NCBI GenBank assembly: GCA_002104945.1
Contig: MCFH01000084.1
Coordinates: 95,191 to 159,190 of the forward strand
Length of the DNA stretch: 64,000 bases
Source: Piromyces finnis finn
Lineage: Eukaryota; Fungi; Neocallimastigomycota
Direction of reading: 5' to 3'
Made by a program: the position numbers and the translations under genes. Below are positions 48,265-62,800 of the stretch, piece after piece; position 1 is the first letter of the stretch, and every line of letters starts with the position of its first letter. The notes under the pieces were generated by a model that had not been told where the DNA came from, ran no database searches, and saw only the letters and a list, made by a program, of their open reading frames with translations.

Positions 48265-49245
48265 ATGGCTAGCATCCAAAAGAAACCTTTAATTACTGAT
48301 ACCTACACTGCAGACCCATCTGCTCACGTTTTCAACGGTAAAATTTACATTTACCCATCTCATGACCGTGATATTGAAACTATTGATAACGATAACGGTG
48401 ATCAATATGATATGAGAGATTACCACGTCTATGAAATGGACGATGAAAACACTCTTCCACGCGATTGTGGTAAGGTTTTAGATATTGAAGAAATCCCATG
48501 GGTTTCTAAGCAACTCTGGGCTCCAGATTGTGCTGAAAAGGATGGTAAATACTACTTCTACTACCCAGCCCGTGATAAGGATGATTTCTTCCACATTGGT
48601 GTTGCTATTGGTGACAGTCCAAGAGGTCCATTCAAGCCAGAACCAAACTACATCGAAGGTACTTACAGTATTGACCCATGTATCTTCCCAGATACTGACA
48701 AGAACTACTACCTTACTTTCGGTGGTATTTGGGGTGGTCAACTTGACAAGTACCGTAACAACAAGTACGACGAAAACAACAACGAACCAACTGGTGAAAC
48801 TCCAGCTGTCTGTGCTAAGATCGCTAAGATGAACCCAGACATGAAAACTCTCGCTGAAGAACCACGCGATATTGTTATTGTTGATGAAAATGGTAAGCCA
48901 CTTGAAGGTAAGGACCACGACAGACGTTACTTCGAAGGTCCATGGCTCTTCAAGAAGGACGATACCTACTACTTCACTTACTCTACTGGTGATACCCACT
49001 TCTTAATCTGGTCTACTTCCAAGAATGTTTACGGTCCATACACTTACGGTGGTAAGATCTTAACTCCAGTTCTTGGTTGGACTACTCACCACTCTATCCT
49101 TGAATTCAAGGGTAAGTGGTACTTATTCTACCACGATTGTGAACTTTCCAACGGTGTTAACCACAAGCGTAACGTTAAGTTCCGTGAACTTAAGTTCGAT
49201 GACAAGGGTGGAATTATCTGTATGGATGGTACTCTTGGTGCTTAA
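48265..49245 (+). CDS. GH43 beta-xylosidase/alpha-L-arabinofuranosidase (probably subfamily 1), 326 aa, no signal peptide or dockerin
   Basis: Catalytic motifs TADPSAH, QLWAPD, SIDP, YFEGP, WTTHHSI; hydrophilic N-terminus; intronless. Confidence 0.93.
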   Translation: MASIQKKPLITDTYTADPSAHVFNGKIYIYPSHDRDIETIDNDNGDQYDMRDYHVYEMDDENTLPRDCGKVLDIEEIPWVSKQLWAPDCAEKDGKYYFYYPARDKDDFFHIGVAIGDSPRGPFKPEPNYIEGTYSIDPCIFPDTDKNYYLTFGGIWGGQLDKYRNNKYDENNNEPTGETPAVCAKIAKMNPDMKTLAEEPRDIVIVDENGKPLEGKDHDRRYFEGPWLFKKDDTYYFTYSTGDTHFLIWSTSKNVYGPYTYGGKILTPVLGWTTHHSILEFKGKWYLFYHDCELSNGVNHKRNVKFRELKFDDKGGIICMDGTLGA

Positions 49246-51796
49246 ATAAATTTTTAATTTTCGAAGCTTAATTTTGATTTGTAAATTTTATAAAAAGTTT
49301 TAAGGTTTTTTCTTTTGAAATTTACAAAAAACTTTATAAATTTAGCTATCTTTTTAAAATCTTTTTTTTATACAATTTTAGTAGAAAAAAAGTACGAAGC
49401 ATATGTAAAAATTTAAAAAATATAAAAAGAATAAAAAATGTAATATATCTTATCGAAATAGTAAATAATATATATAAAATATATATTATAAACAATTAAA
49501 ACTAAAGCAAACATATTAAATAATCAAATTGCAATTATTAATAAAAAATAAAATAAATAATTATAAAACAAACAAAAAAAAATAGTCTTTGGATATATAA
49601 AGTGTTTAATTTTAATTATAAATAAATTTATTAAATTGTTGTTTATACAATAATTATTTTTATTATATCATTAAAAATCAAAAACTATATTAATATTTTA
49701 GCAATAACTTTTTTTTAAAAGTAAGTTTTTAAAATACTTTTCAATATTTATTTATGTTTAAATTTATTTTTATAATAAATGCAACGCTAACTTTCAAATT
49801 ATTTAGTAAACAAAAAAATAAAGACAAAGTAATAAATTGAAAAAATCTTTATAAAAGCAACTAATTTTTTAATACTATGTATTAATTAATTTTTCTTTTT
49901 GTTATATACACTTTATATAAATATTAATCAATACTATTTATAGGTGTTAATATAAATAAATAAATATTACCTTGAAATTATATGTTTTAATAATAAATTA
50001 AAAAACTAAATAATCTTTTATCAATAAATATTATAATTTATAATAACGAAAACTTTTATTTATAAATGGAAATGGATGGAATAACAATAACAAAAAATAA
50101 CAATGAAGATTATGTATACAATTCAAACAATTATTAGTAAGTTTTATCCATTCACATATTTACACAATTTAATATACAAAACATGAGATATATAAGGTAC
50201 ATTAATTAATCATTGGTCATCGTTATAATAATTAAAACAATAATTGAAATTATTCCTACTTTCAATAATTTATTATCATCATTATTAGTATAAAAATAAT
50301 ACTAACTAATTTTATAGTATAAATATCATTATATTTACTTTTCCTTTTCAATAAAATTTTAATAGATTTTATATATTTTAATATACCTTTCATTTAATAA
50401 TAGTTTTGTGTTAGAAAATATAAAACCCAATTTCCGTTATAATTAAAAAGCTATAGAAGTAAAAACCAAAATAAAACCAATTAGTAAGATGTATAATAAA
50501 ATCATTAATTCATTTTATTCATAAATTTATATCATAAATTTATATAATTAACAAAGATTTTATTATTAATTCAATTATAAAGAAAATTCTACCAATTAAT
50601 CTATATTTGGATGCTCCATAAAACACTATTTAGAATAATTTTGACTTTTTTTAGCATAATTAAATAATATATTATCATTGTAATAACTCATATATAAAGC
50701 TTTTTAAATGAAATATAATCAAGATAACTTTAGATTTGATGTGGTCAATATATTTTACATATATTAAATTAAATTAAACTTTAATTCTTTCATAGCTTAT
50801 AAAATTTAATTAAAAATAAATTAAATAAAACTTTTTTCTTTTTCATAATAATAATAAAAAAGTCATGAGTTATCCTTTTTAATGAAACTTTAATTAAATT
50901 AAAACTTAATATTTTAATATCTTAATGTAATTATTGAGGTTATAAAATTTATTTATTTACGGATAAATTAATATTTAAAAGATTAAATTTAGATTTAATC
51001 TACAATAAAATAACATTCAGTAAATAGGATAAAAAAGATTTTTTTTAAAAAGTAATATTTTGGGTTGTTATGGGATATATTCTTAAATTTTGGTCAGTTT
51101 ATAATATAATTATATAATAATTATTGATTTTTTTTTTAAATGAAAAGTATCATTTATTGATTGATGGTTATAGTTATTCTAGCTTTATTAATATTACGCA
51201 CATTATTACGTTTAAAAATATATAATTTAATAAAAATATATTATTATATTATTATATATTACTATATATTATAATAATAAATAATAAAATGTTTATATAT
51301 GTGCTATTTTATTTGAAGTAAAAAGTATTATTTTTTTATCATAAAATAAAAAAAAAAGAAATTACAAGTGCATATCCTTTAATATAAAAAAAGTTAAATA
51401 TTATTATAGTAATATTACAACATTTTTTAATATTTATATATATTATTTATTATAATCTAATATGATAATGTATGATTCATCCATTTATTTTTATTAAACT
51501 TTAATTAAGAATATTAATAATTTTACTTTAAAAATCTAAAAAGATTTTATTTATAAATTAATAGAACCTAATATATTAATATTTTTTATTTTTAATAAAT
51601 GTGGTGAAAGCTTAATATATTAAATATTTCTATTTATCTTTATAAATCGTATGACTCAGCTTTTTAAACAAATTATAGTTATTATGTGTAAGCCACAATA
51701 CGTTAATATAATGTATCTTTAAAATATTTAATGTTTAAAGGTATATTCATATCTATTTTTCTATTTTTTAAAAATAGATAATATTTTTTTTCTTCC

Positions 51797-51797
51797 A

Positions 51798-51843
<46 letters not shown>
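51797..51843. repeat. (TAAA)n microsatellite
   Basis: About 11 perfect units. Confidence 0.9.
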
Positions 51844-51845
<2 letters not shown>

Positions 51846-52899
51846 GTTTATTGCTTGAAAATTTCTAAATAATTAATAAATAAAAATAAAAAGACTGAAA
51901 ACGAAAAGATATAATGTTAAGATTAATGTATAATATATTATATAATATTTATATTTATAATTAAGGATTGATGAATTTGCTGATAGAGAGACAAAATATT
52001 AATTTTCAACTCTTTTTTTTTATATATATACTTAAAGAACAAGATTAAATTTAAATAAGCAACAAAAAACATTATTTTGAGAGATGAAAAAAGTTTTCAA
52101 TATTATAAATAAATGAAAATGCTGAAATAATTATCGTTTTTAGAATTTTTAAATTGATTTTCTATTCCTTAATAAATATTACATTTTTTTTTTTCTTAAA
52201 AAAAGGAAATTATTTTTTTAATTTTATTTTTTTATTTTATTTTATTTTTTTTTTAATTCATATTAATATACATATTTATTTATCTTATTAAAATTACTTA
52301 TTAGTATTAAATTAATTTATTTTTGATGTTATTTTAAAGTTATTAATTTTAAATAGCCATTATTATGTATATTTTAAAAGCCTAATTCTAAAATATCAAA
52401 AATTGATATTACTTTTTTTTGCTAATGTTATAATAAGTACATTTCAATTAACATCCATGTTATTATATAATTTGTTAAAAAAATATCTTAAATTCCTTAA
52501 AAAGACAAAATCTTCATACTACTATGTGCTATATTTATCTATTTAATAAACATGTGTATAAAAAATACAAATTTATAAAAATATATTATGCATTTTTGTA
52601 GTTTTTAAATATTTTGTTTTTTATTTTAGGACCTGATATTTTTATATTTTATATTTTTTATAAATCTTATTTTTTAATTAGGTTACACAAAATATTTTAC
52701 AATATCTTTACTTTTATTTACTATTACTACTTTGGCTGATTCTACTTGTGATCCAGTATGTTTTAGTATTTATAAAAATGGTTTTATGTATCTTACATGG
52801 ATCACATGCCTAATGATGTTGTTGTTAATTACTATCAAATATATGATTATAAGTTTATTGCTAATGATATTATTATTGTTTATTAGGTTAATGGTACCG

Positions 52900-55154
52900 A
52901 TAATTGAGTTGGATTTAAAACAAAAAAGGAAAAAACTAGAAGATGTACTAGTGATTTATGTAAACAACCTTTGGAATCGAGCACATACAGATATAAAATG
53001 TTGGGTCTACATAACTAGAGGATCTAATAAAATTGATAGGGTTAATAATAATAGTTGCACACTTATTTATTCCAAAGGGCATTTCATTTAAATTAGCCCA
53101 ATCAAGGACTAGATTAAGCATTTTTTGAAGGTTTTTCTTGCTAGGCGCATTCAGAACAATGCTATCGGCGAAAAGGCCACCACAGCAACGTTTATTTCCT
53201 AAGCTAACACCAAGCCTTTCACATTTATTTAAAATATCATTGATGAAGAGATTAAATAGAATAGGAGAAAGAGGACATCCTTATCTTACACCACGGTGGA
53301 TAGGGAATTCATTGACAGAACAGTATTTCTAATTTCCTCAATAGAGATGAGATCATTAATATCCCATGCTATTTGATTGATATGATTGAATTGGAAGGCT
53401 CTTTCTCAGTAACCACGATTTAAGCTGTGATTTGTAACATCAGATGCAAGATTTTCATAATGTTCAGCCTAACGTTTTAATTGTTCTTGAGGAGTAAATA
53501 AATCCTTGCCATTCTTGTCCTTATGAGTTGAAACATGAGAGGATGAATAACTTGGTTTGGCAAGTTTTTTAAGGCCTTTCCAACCTTGTCTAAAGCTTTT
53601 ATCAATAAAATGTTTACCGATAGAAACAATATTAGCTTTATAGAGATTGGATCTGAATTTACTCTTAACCTTTTTGATGGTGTTACATAGATTTTGGCAT
53701 ATGGAGAACTGGTTAAGATAATTATCCATGTCAGCGCAATCTGAAAGGGGCTTAATATTTTTTTAAGCCAGATGTTTTTCATGTGATAAGTTTTTGATGT
53801 ATTGAGGACAATGGAATACTGGACCTTTTAAATCTGCAGGCACAATGGCTTTTATATCTTTACCTATAGTTTTGGAAGTATCAAAATATTTTGAAACCAT
53901 ATCGTCAGCCGATAGGCTATCTCAATTAGCTTCAAGCTCAGAAGCTAGAACAGCAAAACGATTACTAGTAAGAATGTCAGAACACTTTGTGTTACAGATA
54001 TGACTTGACCATTTAAAGGTCTTCTTAGACTTTTTGAAACCATCAGAAGAGTCTTTTTTACAAGATATAAGGATCGGTTTGTGATCAGAAACATCGGGAA
54101 AAACTTCGCAAACTGAAGATTTGTTTATGTGTTCTGTCATAGCTTTGTTGTATATAATATGGTCAATGCATGAATATTTAAATCTTTTTTCCCAGGTAAA
54201 ATTATTACCAGTTAACTCAGCCATAGTCCAATCCGGGAAGTGTTGTGATATATAAGATCTGATTTTAATAGCTGACATATTAAAGTCTCCCACAAGGATA
54301 GCTGGGTGGTTGAATTTGTTATGCGTTGTTAACCACTTATCAAGTTCATCAAAGGCAATTAATCTAGCATCCGGCCATCTAGTTTACGGGAAGTAAATAT
54401 TACCGATGGTACATCTCTGGTTCCAAAATGACAATATTGTAACTGAAATGATGTACTTATATAGAAGAGGTTCAGGAGTAAAGGAACAAGAGTTATGAAC
54501 ACCAATGTAAAGTCCTCTCATACCTGGAACTTTAAGATTAGCACGTCTGTGTACTGGTTTATAGTTCGGTAGGCATGGGGAGGAAATTGCATTACCACAG
54601 AGGAATTGGCTGTTACCTACTTCTTGAAGACAGACACATACAGGTTTGAAAACAGAGATGAAGTATAAAACACCGTCCTTTTTCTCAGGGTTCCAACCAT
54701 TGATGTTCCAACAAGTACATAAGTTGAAAAAGGAAGCATTAGAACTTAAGTAACTAAAATAGAAATCGTCAGAGAGTGGACCAGTAGTAGATTTGATAGA
54801 TCATTTGTTTTTGTATGATCTATTGTTTTTGAGCTTATCAATGAATTTCCAAGATATTTTACTAGAGATAGGGAGTTTATTAGAATGTGAGTGTATAAGT
54901 AACATGACTTTAAGCGGATATTTTCCATTGACTTTTAGAATGAAATAAGTACCGAGTGATTGTGAATATTTCTTGGTAAGGGATTGAAGAATATCATTGA
55001 AAGGTTGAATGTCCTTTAAAAGAAATTCCATTAGTCGTTGTTTGGACCATGAACTAAGATCATGGATAAAAATTAGATATGATTTATTGGAGTTAGATCC
55101 GAAGAAACGAAGACCACGACGTAAGGTAGGTACAGTTTAATTGGTATTTTTCAT
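52900..55154 (-). mobile_element. Degenerate, internally deleted LINE family B
   Basis: Broken frames with APE motifs (CWNING, LQEVG, VGDFN, CIDH, SDHKP), an RT piece (GCPLSPILFNLFINDI...CCGGLFAD at about 53150-53300) and an N-terminal RRG..FG motif; many stops and frameshifts. Confidence 0.85.
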
Positions 55155-56391
55155 TTTGAAAGAACTTATTATGACAATAGATATTAATAAATTGAAGAAT
55201 TGAATATATTGATATAGATAAGATAAAGAAATAAAATATTTAGTAGAATATAAATAATATTAGTAAAGACGGATATATTATATAGCTAGTGGATTATTTG
55301 TCAAACAATATTTTAAATTTTATAACTGGAAAAGTGGCTAAGTTGTTGACAAACTTATTTCTAACTCTACTGAAGACTTTAAACGGGAAAATAAATTTTA
55401 AATATCTATCACTTTGGATTTCTGTATTATAACTGGATTTTGAAAGCTCTTTATATTTATAAGATTTGTATAATTTATTGGATGATTATTGTATTGTGTT
55501 GATTCTGATTGTTGAATTTGAACATTCATTTAGGTTGTTTATGTTGTAAGGTAGAGAGATAAGAGTGAAAAGTTGTTATATCAAAAATAATGGAAAAAAG
55601 TTGAAGAATTTTGGGTAAACATAATAAATTTTTTTTTTTTTTTTTTTTTAAAGATAAAATTGAAACAAGAGTAGTATTTATAATATAAAAATAGAATACT
55701 CGATTTTCCAGGTTAGAAGCTTTGATAATAAAAATGTTAAAAAAAAGGTGTTAATACTTACCATAATAGTCCATAATAAACCTAATAAAGTTATACAAAT
55801 ATAGAAATATACATATAATATAAAGTATAAAAAATATATATATAAAAAAGAGATAGAAAAAGTATACAAAAGAATGTTAGTAGGAAAGTGATTCTTTGGA
55901 AAATCTAGAGTTTCAAAAAATAAGAAATAAAAAAGATATTACTAGAATCATATAAAATCATAAAGGAAAAATAAAAAAGCCGCGCCCCTCGAAAAAATAA
56001 AAATAGAAATAGAAAAAATAAAAAGATTAAATATGATTATAGTAATGAAAGCCGCACCCCACAACGAAACTCAAGAATAAATGAGAGGAATAACAAACTA
56101 ACTGAAAAAACAAAACTATCTGACTAATCAACATATAGAGAATAAAAAAGGAATAAAAGAACAAAGAGAATAAGTAGTAAACTGGGGTAACAAATTATCG
56201 ATGAAAGCTAAAATAAAAATGAAATCAAGAAATATTCAAAATCAGTATTTAATACTACCGAATCAAACAATTTAAAGTTTAAAATAATATGTTATAAAAG
56301 CTGTTAAAGCAACTACTATCTAAAATAAGTTGAAGGTGTAAGGGATATATGATATAACAACTAACACTCAAATTATCGACTCTATTTGCCC

Positions 56392-56433
56392 AGTACCATG
56401 AGCTTAGTCCTAATAATATTTCCAAATAAAGAC
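56392..56433 (-). repeat. Diverged LINE 5' UTR segment (target of E8)
   Basis: cagtaccatgagcttagtcctaataa is identical to the family A pre-monomer segment, then diverges (tatttccaaataaagac versus ttttcccttaaagac). Confidence 0.75.
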
Positions 56434-59400
56434 TTTTTTTTTTTTTTTAATGGCATCAAATATTTTAAACTTTATTATTAATTTAATTAAAATTATAATA
56501 CTAGTAATAAAAAAATTAAAAATAAAAATAAAAAATAAAAAAAAAAATATGTTTAAATAAACACAAATGAATAAAAATTGGGTATAATGTATTCTAGTAA
56601 TTTTAATTAAAGTAAGAAAGCCACTATCATACTAAAGTATAATAATTGTATTTGACTTCCAATGGGACACCGAGCCAAAGATCAAAATTTTGTCATGGAA
56701 CAAAATTATGATCTCCATTGGTTGCGCTGGCCCTCCTGGCCTGTCTTACTGTTTCTTCAGCATTGACGCTCTTGGATGTTGCTTCAAACCTTTTGAACAT
56801 TGACCATTGCTGGCCAATAGCAAAAGGCATGATTTTGGTTAGAAGTTCCGCGGTTACCGTCAAGAATGGTGTTCCTTCATTAGTACCAGATTGAATCTGA
56901 CGCTTACAAAGTTCTTTCCATTCCCTTGAATTGTAATTAATATTGTTAAAACTTCTTCCCCCAAGAAGGAATTTAAATATTTTACTGCACACACTAGAAT
57001 AATCATACACATTAATATTCACCGGATTATTAGAACTATTACTATCATTAACTAAATTACTATCTAAATTAGAATTATTATCTTCACTATTGCTATCATT
57101 ACTAATATTATTATTTCTATTACTACTATTGTTATTATTACTATTGTTACTATTACTATTGTTATTATTACTATTGTTACTATTACTATTGTTATTATTA
57201 CTATTGTTACTATTACTATTACTGTTATTGCTATCTCTTATACAACTTCATTTTGATTTTTTGGAGATTAAAAATTTGTTGTGAAATATGAAATGAAGAC
57301 TTTATAACATTATTTGCTGAGGTAATACTGAGCTCGTCTGCAATTGAAAAAGCAGTTGAAGTAAACTCTTTGGAAAGTTCATCTGTAGAAACATTAGGAT
57401 CGTTGGATTTTGCTGAAAGTATTTGGAATTTATTATGACTGAGAATAGATTCCTTTTCCTCAATACATTTTAATCTATTCTATTTCAGAATTTTCTTAGG
57501 AACATTAAAGTCATTAGAAAAATCTTCCATAGGAATAATTTTACCATTAATAAGAAGTGGCTTATGGTCTGATACAGGATAAAAATTATTTATAAATGAT
57601 CCTGAGTGAATAAGATCTTTCATCTTCGAATTGATAAGAGCATGGTCAATGTCGGAAGATTGATCACCTCGAGTCCAAGAGATAGTAGACCCTCTAAGCG
57701 GAAGAATTTCCCAATCTCCTAATCCATTAGTTGATAACCAGTTGGATAATTTTACTTTAGACATATTAAAATCACCAACAAGAATCGATGGATGGGATGA
57801 ATGAGTTTGTAACCACAAGCGAACTTCTAACTTTGCATGATCAACATAGATGTTGTGATGACTATGAGGCATATAAACATTTCCAATCGAGCATTTGAAT
57901 CTATTCCAGAGACTAAAAGTATAAATAGAAATAATATACTTTCCAGAGAAGTTTTCAAGTGAGGTTTGACACAAATTGTGAAAACCTAAATATAAACCTC
58001 TCATTCCCGGAACTGATTCATCAGCTTTCTTGAAAAAGTGTCTATAGTTTCGCAAAGTAACATGACAAGGATAATCTGTATTCGAACCAGAACCATTACC
58101 AGTTTCTTGGAAACATAAAAATAATGGTTTGAAAATAGCTGTGAAATAGCTAATACTATCTCTCTTTTCGTGATTCCACCCATTGGTATTCCAACTAAGA
58201 CAAAAAGAAAAGTTATCAGGCTTGTTGGATGAGGAAGAATCGTTGCTATTATAATTATTATTAAAGTCATCGTTATTAATGGACGATGCATCAGAGGAAT
58301 AAGTAGAACTATTACTAGATGGCTGTGAAACTGAAGAACTATCAACTATTGAACTGTTATCAGAGTTGATAGAACTATTAGAATTAATTGTTGAATGTTG
58401 AGATTGAAATTGTGTTTGCTGTAGATCTGGAATATTTTCATGATGGAAAACTTGTTGAAGATCCTGTTGAAGATCTTATTGAAGATCGGATTGTTGATGA
58501 GATTGTTGAACTGATTGTTGAAATGATTGTTGAATAGAATGTTGATGTTTATTAGAAACTAAAATTTTACGTTTGAGAGTGGAAAAAGTATATTTGTGAT
58601 TCCTTCTACTACGAGCTGAAAAGGAAATTGAGGTAACTGAAAGTTTCTTCTTTAATATGTGTAAGATTTTAATACAATCTTTCGATGAACCATGAACCTT
58701 GACTAAGAAAAAGTGATCATTGAAAGTCTGAAAATATTTAACACTAATAACTGAATTAAATTTATCTTCTAGAATAACCTCGAGTTTTTCCCATAGCATA
58801 TTTACTGACCATGATCGAATACCACGGATAAAGAAGGAGCGAATATCATCTAAGGGGATACCATAAGACCGGGTACCACGTCTGATATAATTCTTATCTT
58901 TAATATAAAGGACTGACATGATAATTAATTCTAATTAAAAAATATTGAATATAAAATAAATACTAATAAAAATTACAAATATAACGTATATGGAAAAAAA
59001 TCTGTCTCTCTCTCTCTTCTTAAAAGTACTGGATAGTACAAAAATTGTTACGATGCTTTGTTTAAAGTTTCTTTTTTTTTTGAATTCTAGTTGTAAATTT
59101 TCTTTAAAAATTCTAGTTTTGGTTTGTTGTTAGTAAATTCGATTCGCTTTTTGACACTAAAATTGTTTGACTTTACTTTTCATTAAATATTTAAATTGGT
59201 AAAAAATTTGAATCAAGAATGTCGACACCAGAAAGCTTGTGAATAGTATTTTTACATGATGTAGAGTGAATCAGTCTCTTACAAGAAACAATACAACAAT
59301 AGCTACATGAATATAAAAATACAATGCAAATGCTAAAGTTGACTACATTGGATTCTTACAAGAGAAGAGTAGTACTGAATATCAAACATTCAACTTATTC

Positions 59401-59799
59401 ATCAAATACTTAAATTCGATGAATAAAATGTTTTTTAATCGCTCAGTACCATGAGCTTAGTCCTAATAATTTTCCCTTAAAGACTAACCAAGCATCCATT
59501 GCGCAATGCTTGGATTTAATTCTTTCTACTCTCTCAGTACCATGAGCATGAGTAGACCCCCTTGATAAACTCCATTATTAAATAAATGAAGGCACGTTCC
59601 TAAGAGGGCACCAAGCATCCATTGCGCAATACTTGGATTTAATTCTTTCTACTCTCTCAGTACCATGAGCATGAGTAGACCCCCTTGATAAACTCCATTA
59701 ATAAATAAATGAAGGCACGTTCCTAAGAGGGCACCAAGCATCCATTGCGCAATGCTTGGATTTAATTCTTTCTACTCTCTCAGTACCATGAGCATGAGT

Positions 59800-59802
<3 letters not shown>
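56434..59802 (-). mobile_element. Family A LINE copy E8, internally deleted and defective
   Basis: Poly(T) 56434-56448; about 2.3-kb deletion at atctct 57233-57238; stop codons at 57480 and 58476; about 79-bp deletion in the 5' UTR; three monomers (59488, 59611, 59734), the third interrupted by E9. Confidence 0.92.
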
Positions 59803-59840
<38 letters not shown>

Positions 59841-62800
59841 GGCATCAAATATTTTAAACTTTATTATTAATTTAATTAAAATTATAATACATGAAATATA
59901 AAAATTAAAATAAAATAAAAATAAAAAAAAATATGTTTAAATAAACACAAATGAATAAAAATTGGGTATAATGTATTCTAGTAATTTTAATTAAAGTAAG
60001 AAAGCCACTATCATACTAAAGTATAATAATTGTATTTGACTTCCAATGGGACACCGAGCCAAAGATCAAAATTTTGTCATGGAACAAAATTATGATCTCC
60101 ATTGGTTGCGCTGGCCCTCCTGGCCTGTCTTACTGTTTCTTCAGCATTGACGCTCTTGGATGTTGCTTCAAACCTTTTGAACATTGACCATTGCTGGCCA
60201 ATAGCAAAAGGCATGATTTTGGTTAGAAGTTCCGCGGTTACCGTCAAGAATGGTGTTCCTTCATTAGTACCAGATTGAATCTGACGCTTACAAAGTTCTT
60301 TCCATTCCCTTGAATTGTAATTGATATTGTTAAAACTTCTTCCCCCAAGAAGGAATTTAAATATTTTACTGCACACACTAGAATAATCATACACATTAAT
60401 ATTCACCGGATTATTAGAACTAATACTGTCATTAACTAAATTACTATCTAAATTAGAATTATTATCTTCACTATTGCTATCATTACTAATATTATTATTT
60501 CTATTACTACTATTGTTATTATTACTATTGTTACTATTACTATTGTTATTATTACTATTGTTACTATTACTATTAATATTATTACTATCTCTACTGATAT
60601 TATCAATTTCATTATTATTGATAGGACTATTGGAATTACGTTGACTGAAAAAATTTAATAGCTGGACTATGGAATCATAATGTTTAATACGGATATCTCT
60701 AAATGTTGGACAATCTAATAACCAATGTTTAATACTTTGATCTCCACACTTGCAACATGGACAGTAGTTAGGACAAACTGGATCAACAAATTTGGCAGCT
60801 TTGGCAACTCTAGCTTCCAACTTGTATCCGCTTCTTGCTTTCAATAGCCAGTAGAAGCCATAGGCAAACTCTGGGTACTCATAACATAATTTAATAAAAT
60901 CTTTAGTATCAATAAACTTATTATCATCATAATATTGCGCTTTGATTGAATTCCCTTTGAGATCTTTCCAATAAAAGTTTTTAACTGCTTTAACATCTCC
61001 ATGTTTCTTTAGTTTTTTATCAAGTGTCCTACTTGATTTGCACCACGTGTATTTTCTAAATTTAGGAATGTAATTGACAAGGTATGAGATAATACAATTT
61101 GAGTTTTTCCATTTGTTAAAACATCTAACCTGAGCTAATGCACATTTGGCTGACAATGGAGGAATATTCAAATCTTTTGAAATAGAGTATAAAGATATAA
61201 ACGATACAGCTTTATGAACTCCGGCAACCCATCGTATTCCTTTGTTAACATGCTTCTGTGCAATTCTAGACCTGGCTTTGTTGGATCCAAGTAATGGTGC
61301 AAAGTATGAAACTCTGCTAATCACTTGTGAGTTAAGTACTAGCTTTTTGAAGGGAATAGGAATATTAGGATTTCTTAAGAATTTACTGACTGAAAAAAGC
61401 CCTTTCAAAACCTTGTTATTAAGAGCTTTAATAACTGGTTTAAGGGACAGATTCTTATCAAATGGAACACCAAGATAAGTATAACAATCAGTAGTTGGAA
61501 TGGGTTGTCCTGCTAAGTAAAATGTTGGATCTCTCTTGTTCTGATTTTCTATTGATTCAGGACGAATCACCATCGTTGAACACTTCTGGATACCAAATTC
61601 CATTTCATTATACAAGGCCCATTCATTAACTCTTCTAAGCATCTTTTTTAAGCATCCTCTTGTTGGAGCACAAATAACTATATCATCTGCAAAAAGTCCA
61701 CCACAGCATCGAGTGTCACCTAAACTGACTCCTAGATCTTCGCACTCTCTAAATATATCATTAATAAAGAGATTAAAGAGAATAGGAGAAAGAGGGCAAC
61801 CTTGACGGACTCCTTTCTTCACATCAAAAGATTTCGAGAATTGTCCATCTAATTTGACATTAGCCTTAGATGTTAAATATAAATTTTTGATGAATTGTAA
61901 ACTCTTACCTCGGATTCCTAAACAATCTAATTTATGGAGAATATTACCGATTGGGACTGAATCGTATGCTTTCCTGAGATCTAAAAAGGCCAAATATGTC
62001 TCTTTATTATCTAATTGACGTCTACGGCATATTTCTTGGATTGAAATGAAAAGACTGATACTTTCTTCCTTTTTTCGAAAACCAAATTGTTCAGGTCTAA
62101 TGAAATTATTCTTTAGACCATATTCTGAGATTCTAGTGGTGACAATTTTGGAAATCAACTTAATACCATTATTGATAAGTGATATACCTCGATAGTTATC
62201 ACAATCTGTCAAATCTCCCTTCTTAGGAATAGAAACAATACTGGATTCATTCCATGAGTTGGGGAAGTCTCCATCCCAAATACGGTTGAATAATTTAAGA
62301 ATAAAATTTAAACCATAAGCATCATTATCTGAAGTGGTATTACCGGAAGAATTATTATCTGTAGCATTATTAGAATCATTACTTGATGGAATTAATGCTT
62401 TGTAAAATTCAATTGGAATACCATCCGGACCTGATGCTTTATAATTCGGAGTAGAGAGGATAGCTGACTTGACTTCATCAATACTAATATCTTGGTTGAT
62501 ATCCCATTCATCAAGCATAGGGAGTGAAAAACGTTTATTCGTTGGTTCTTCATACCAATGCTCCAAATCAAGACTTACACCACTTGGATCTGATGCAAGC
62601 TTTTCGAAATGATCATGCCACACATCTAGTTGTTCTTCCGTAGCAACAACTAATTCTCCATTTTTATTTTTAATTGGTTGAGCAATAAAGAAAGAATCTT
62701 TTCCAATTTTTGCAGTTTTCTTGATCCATTTCCAGGCCTTCTTAGGATTATGACTCTTCATATACTCACATCCTGTTTTAATCCAATGAAGATATTCTTG

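Noticed and set aside
15785-49245. Bacterial contamination or a chimeric contig explaining the bacterial-type genes
   Set aside because: Genes are separated by kilobases of extremely AT-rich DNA, interleaved with poly(A) LINEs, lack operon spacing and share one codon bias.
43700-52700. Short ORFs in AT-rich intergenic DNA (21866-22087, 45101-45382, 52732-53091, 55678-55869)
   Set aside because: Low-complexity I/F/L/Y/K composition, no codon bias or motifs. Small intron-containing genes cannot be excluded by eye.
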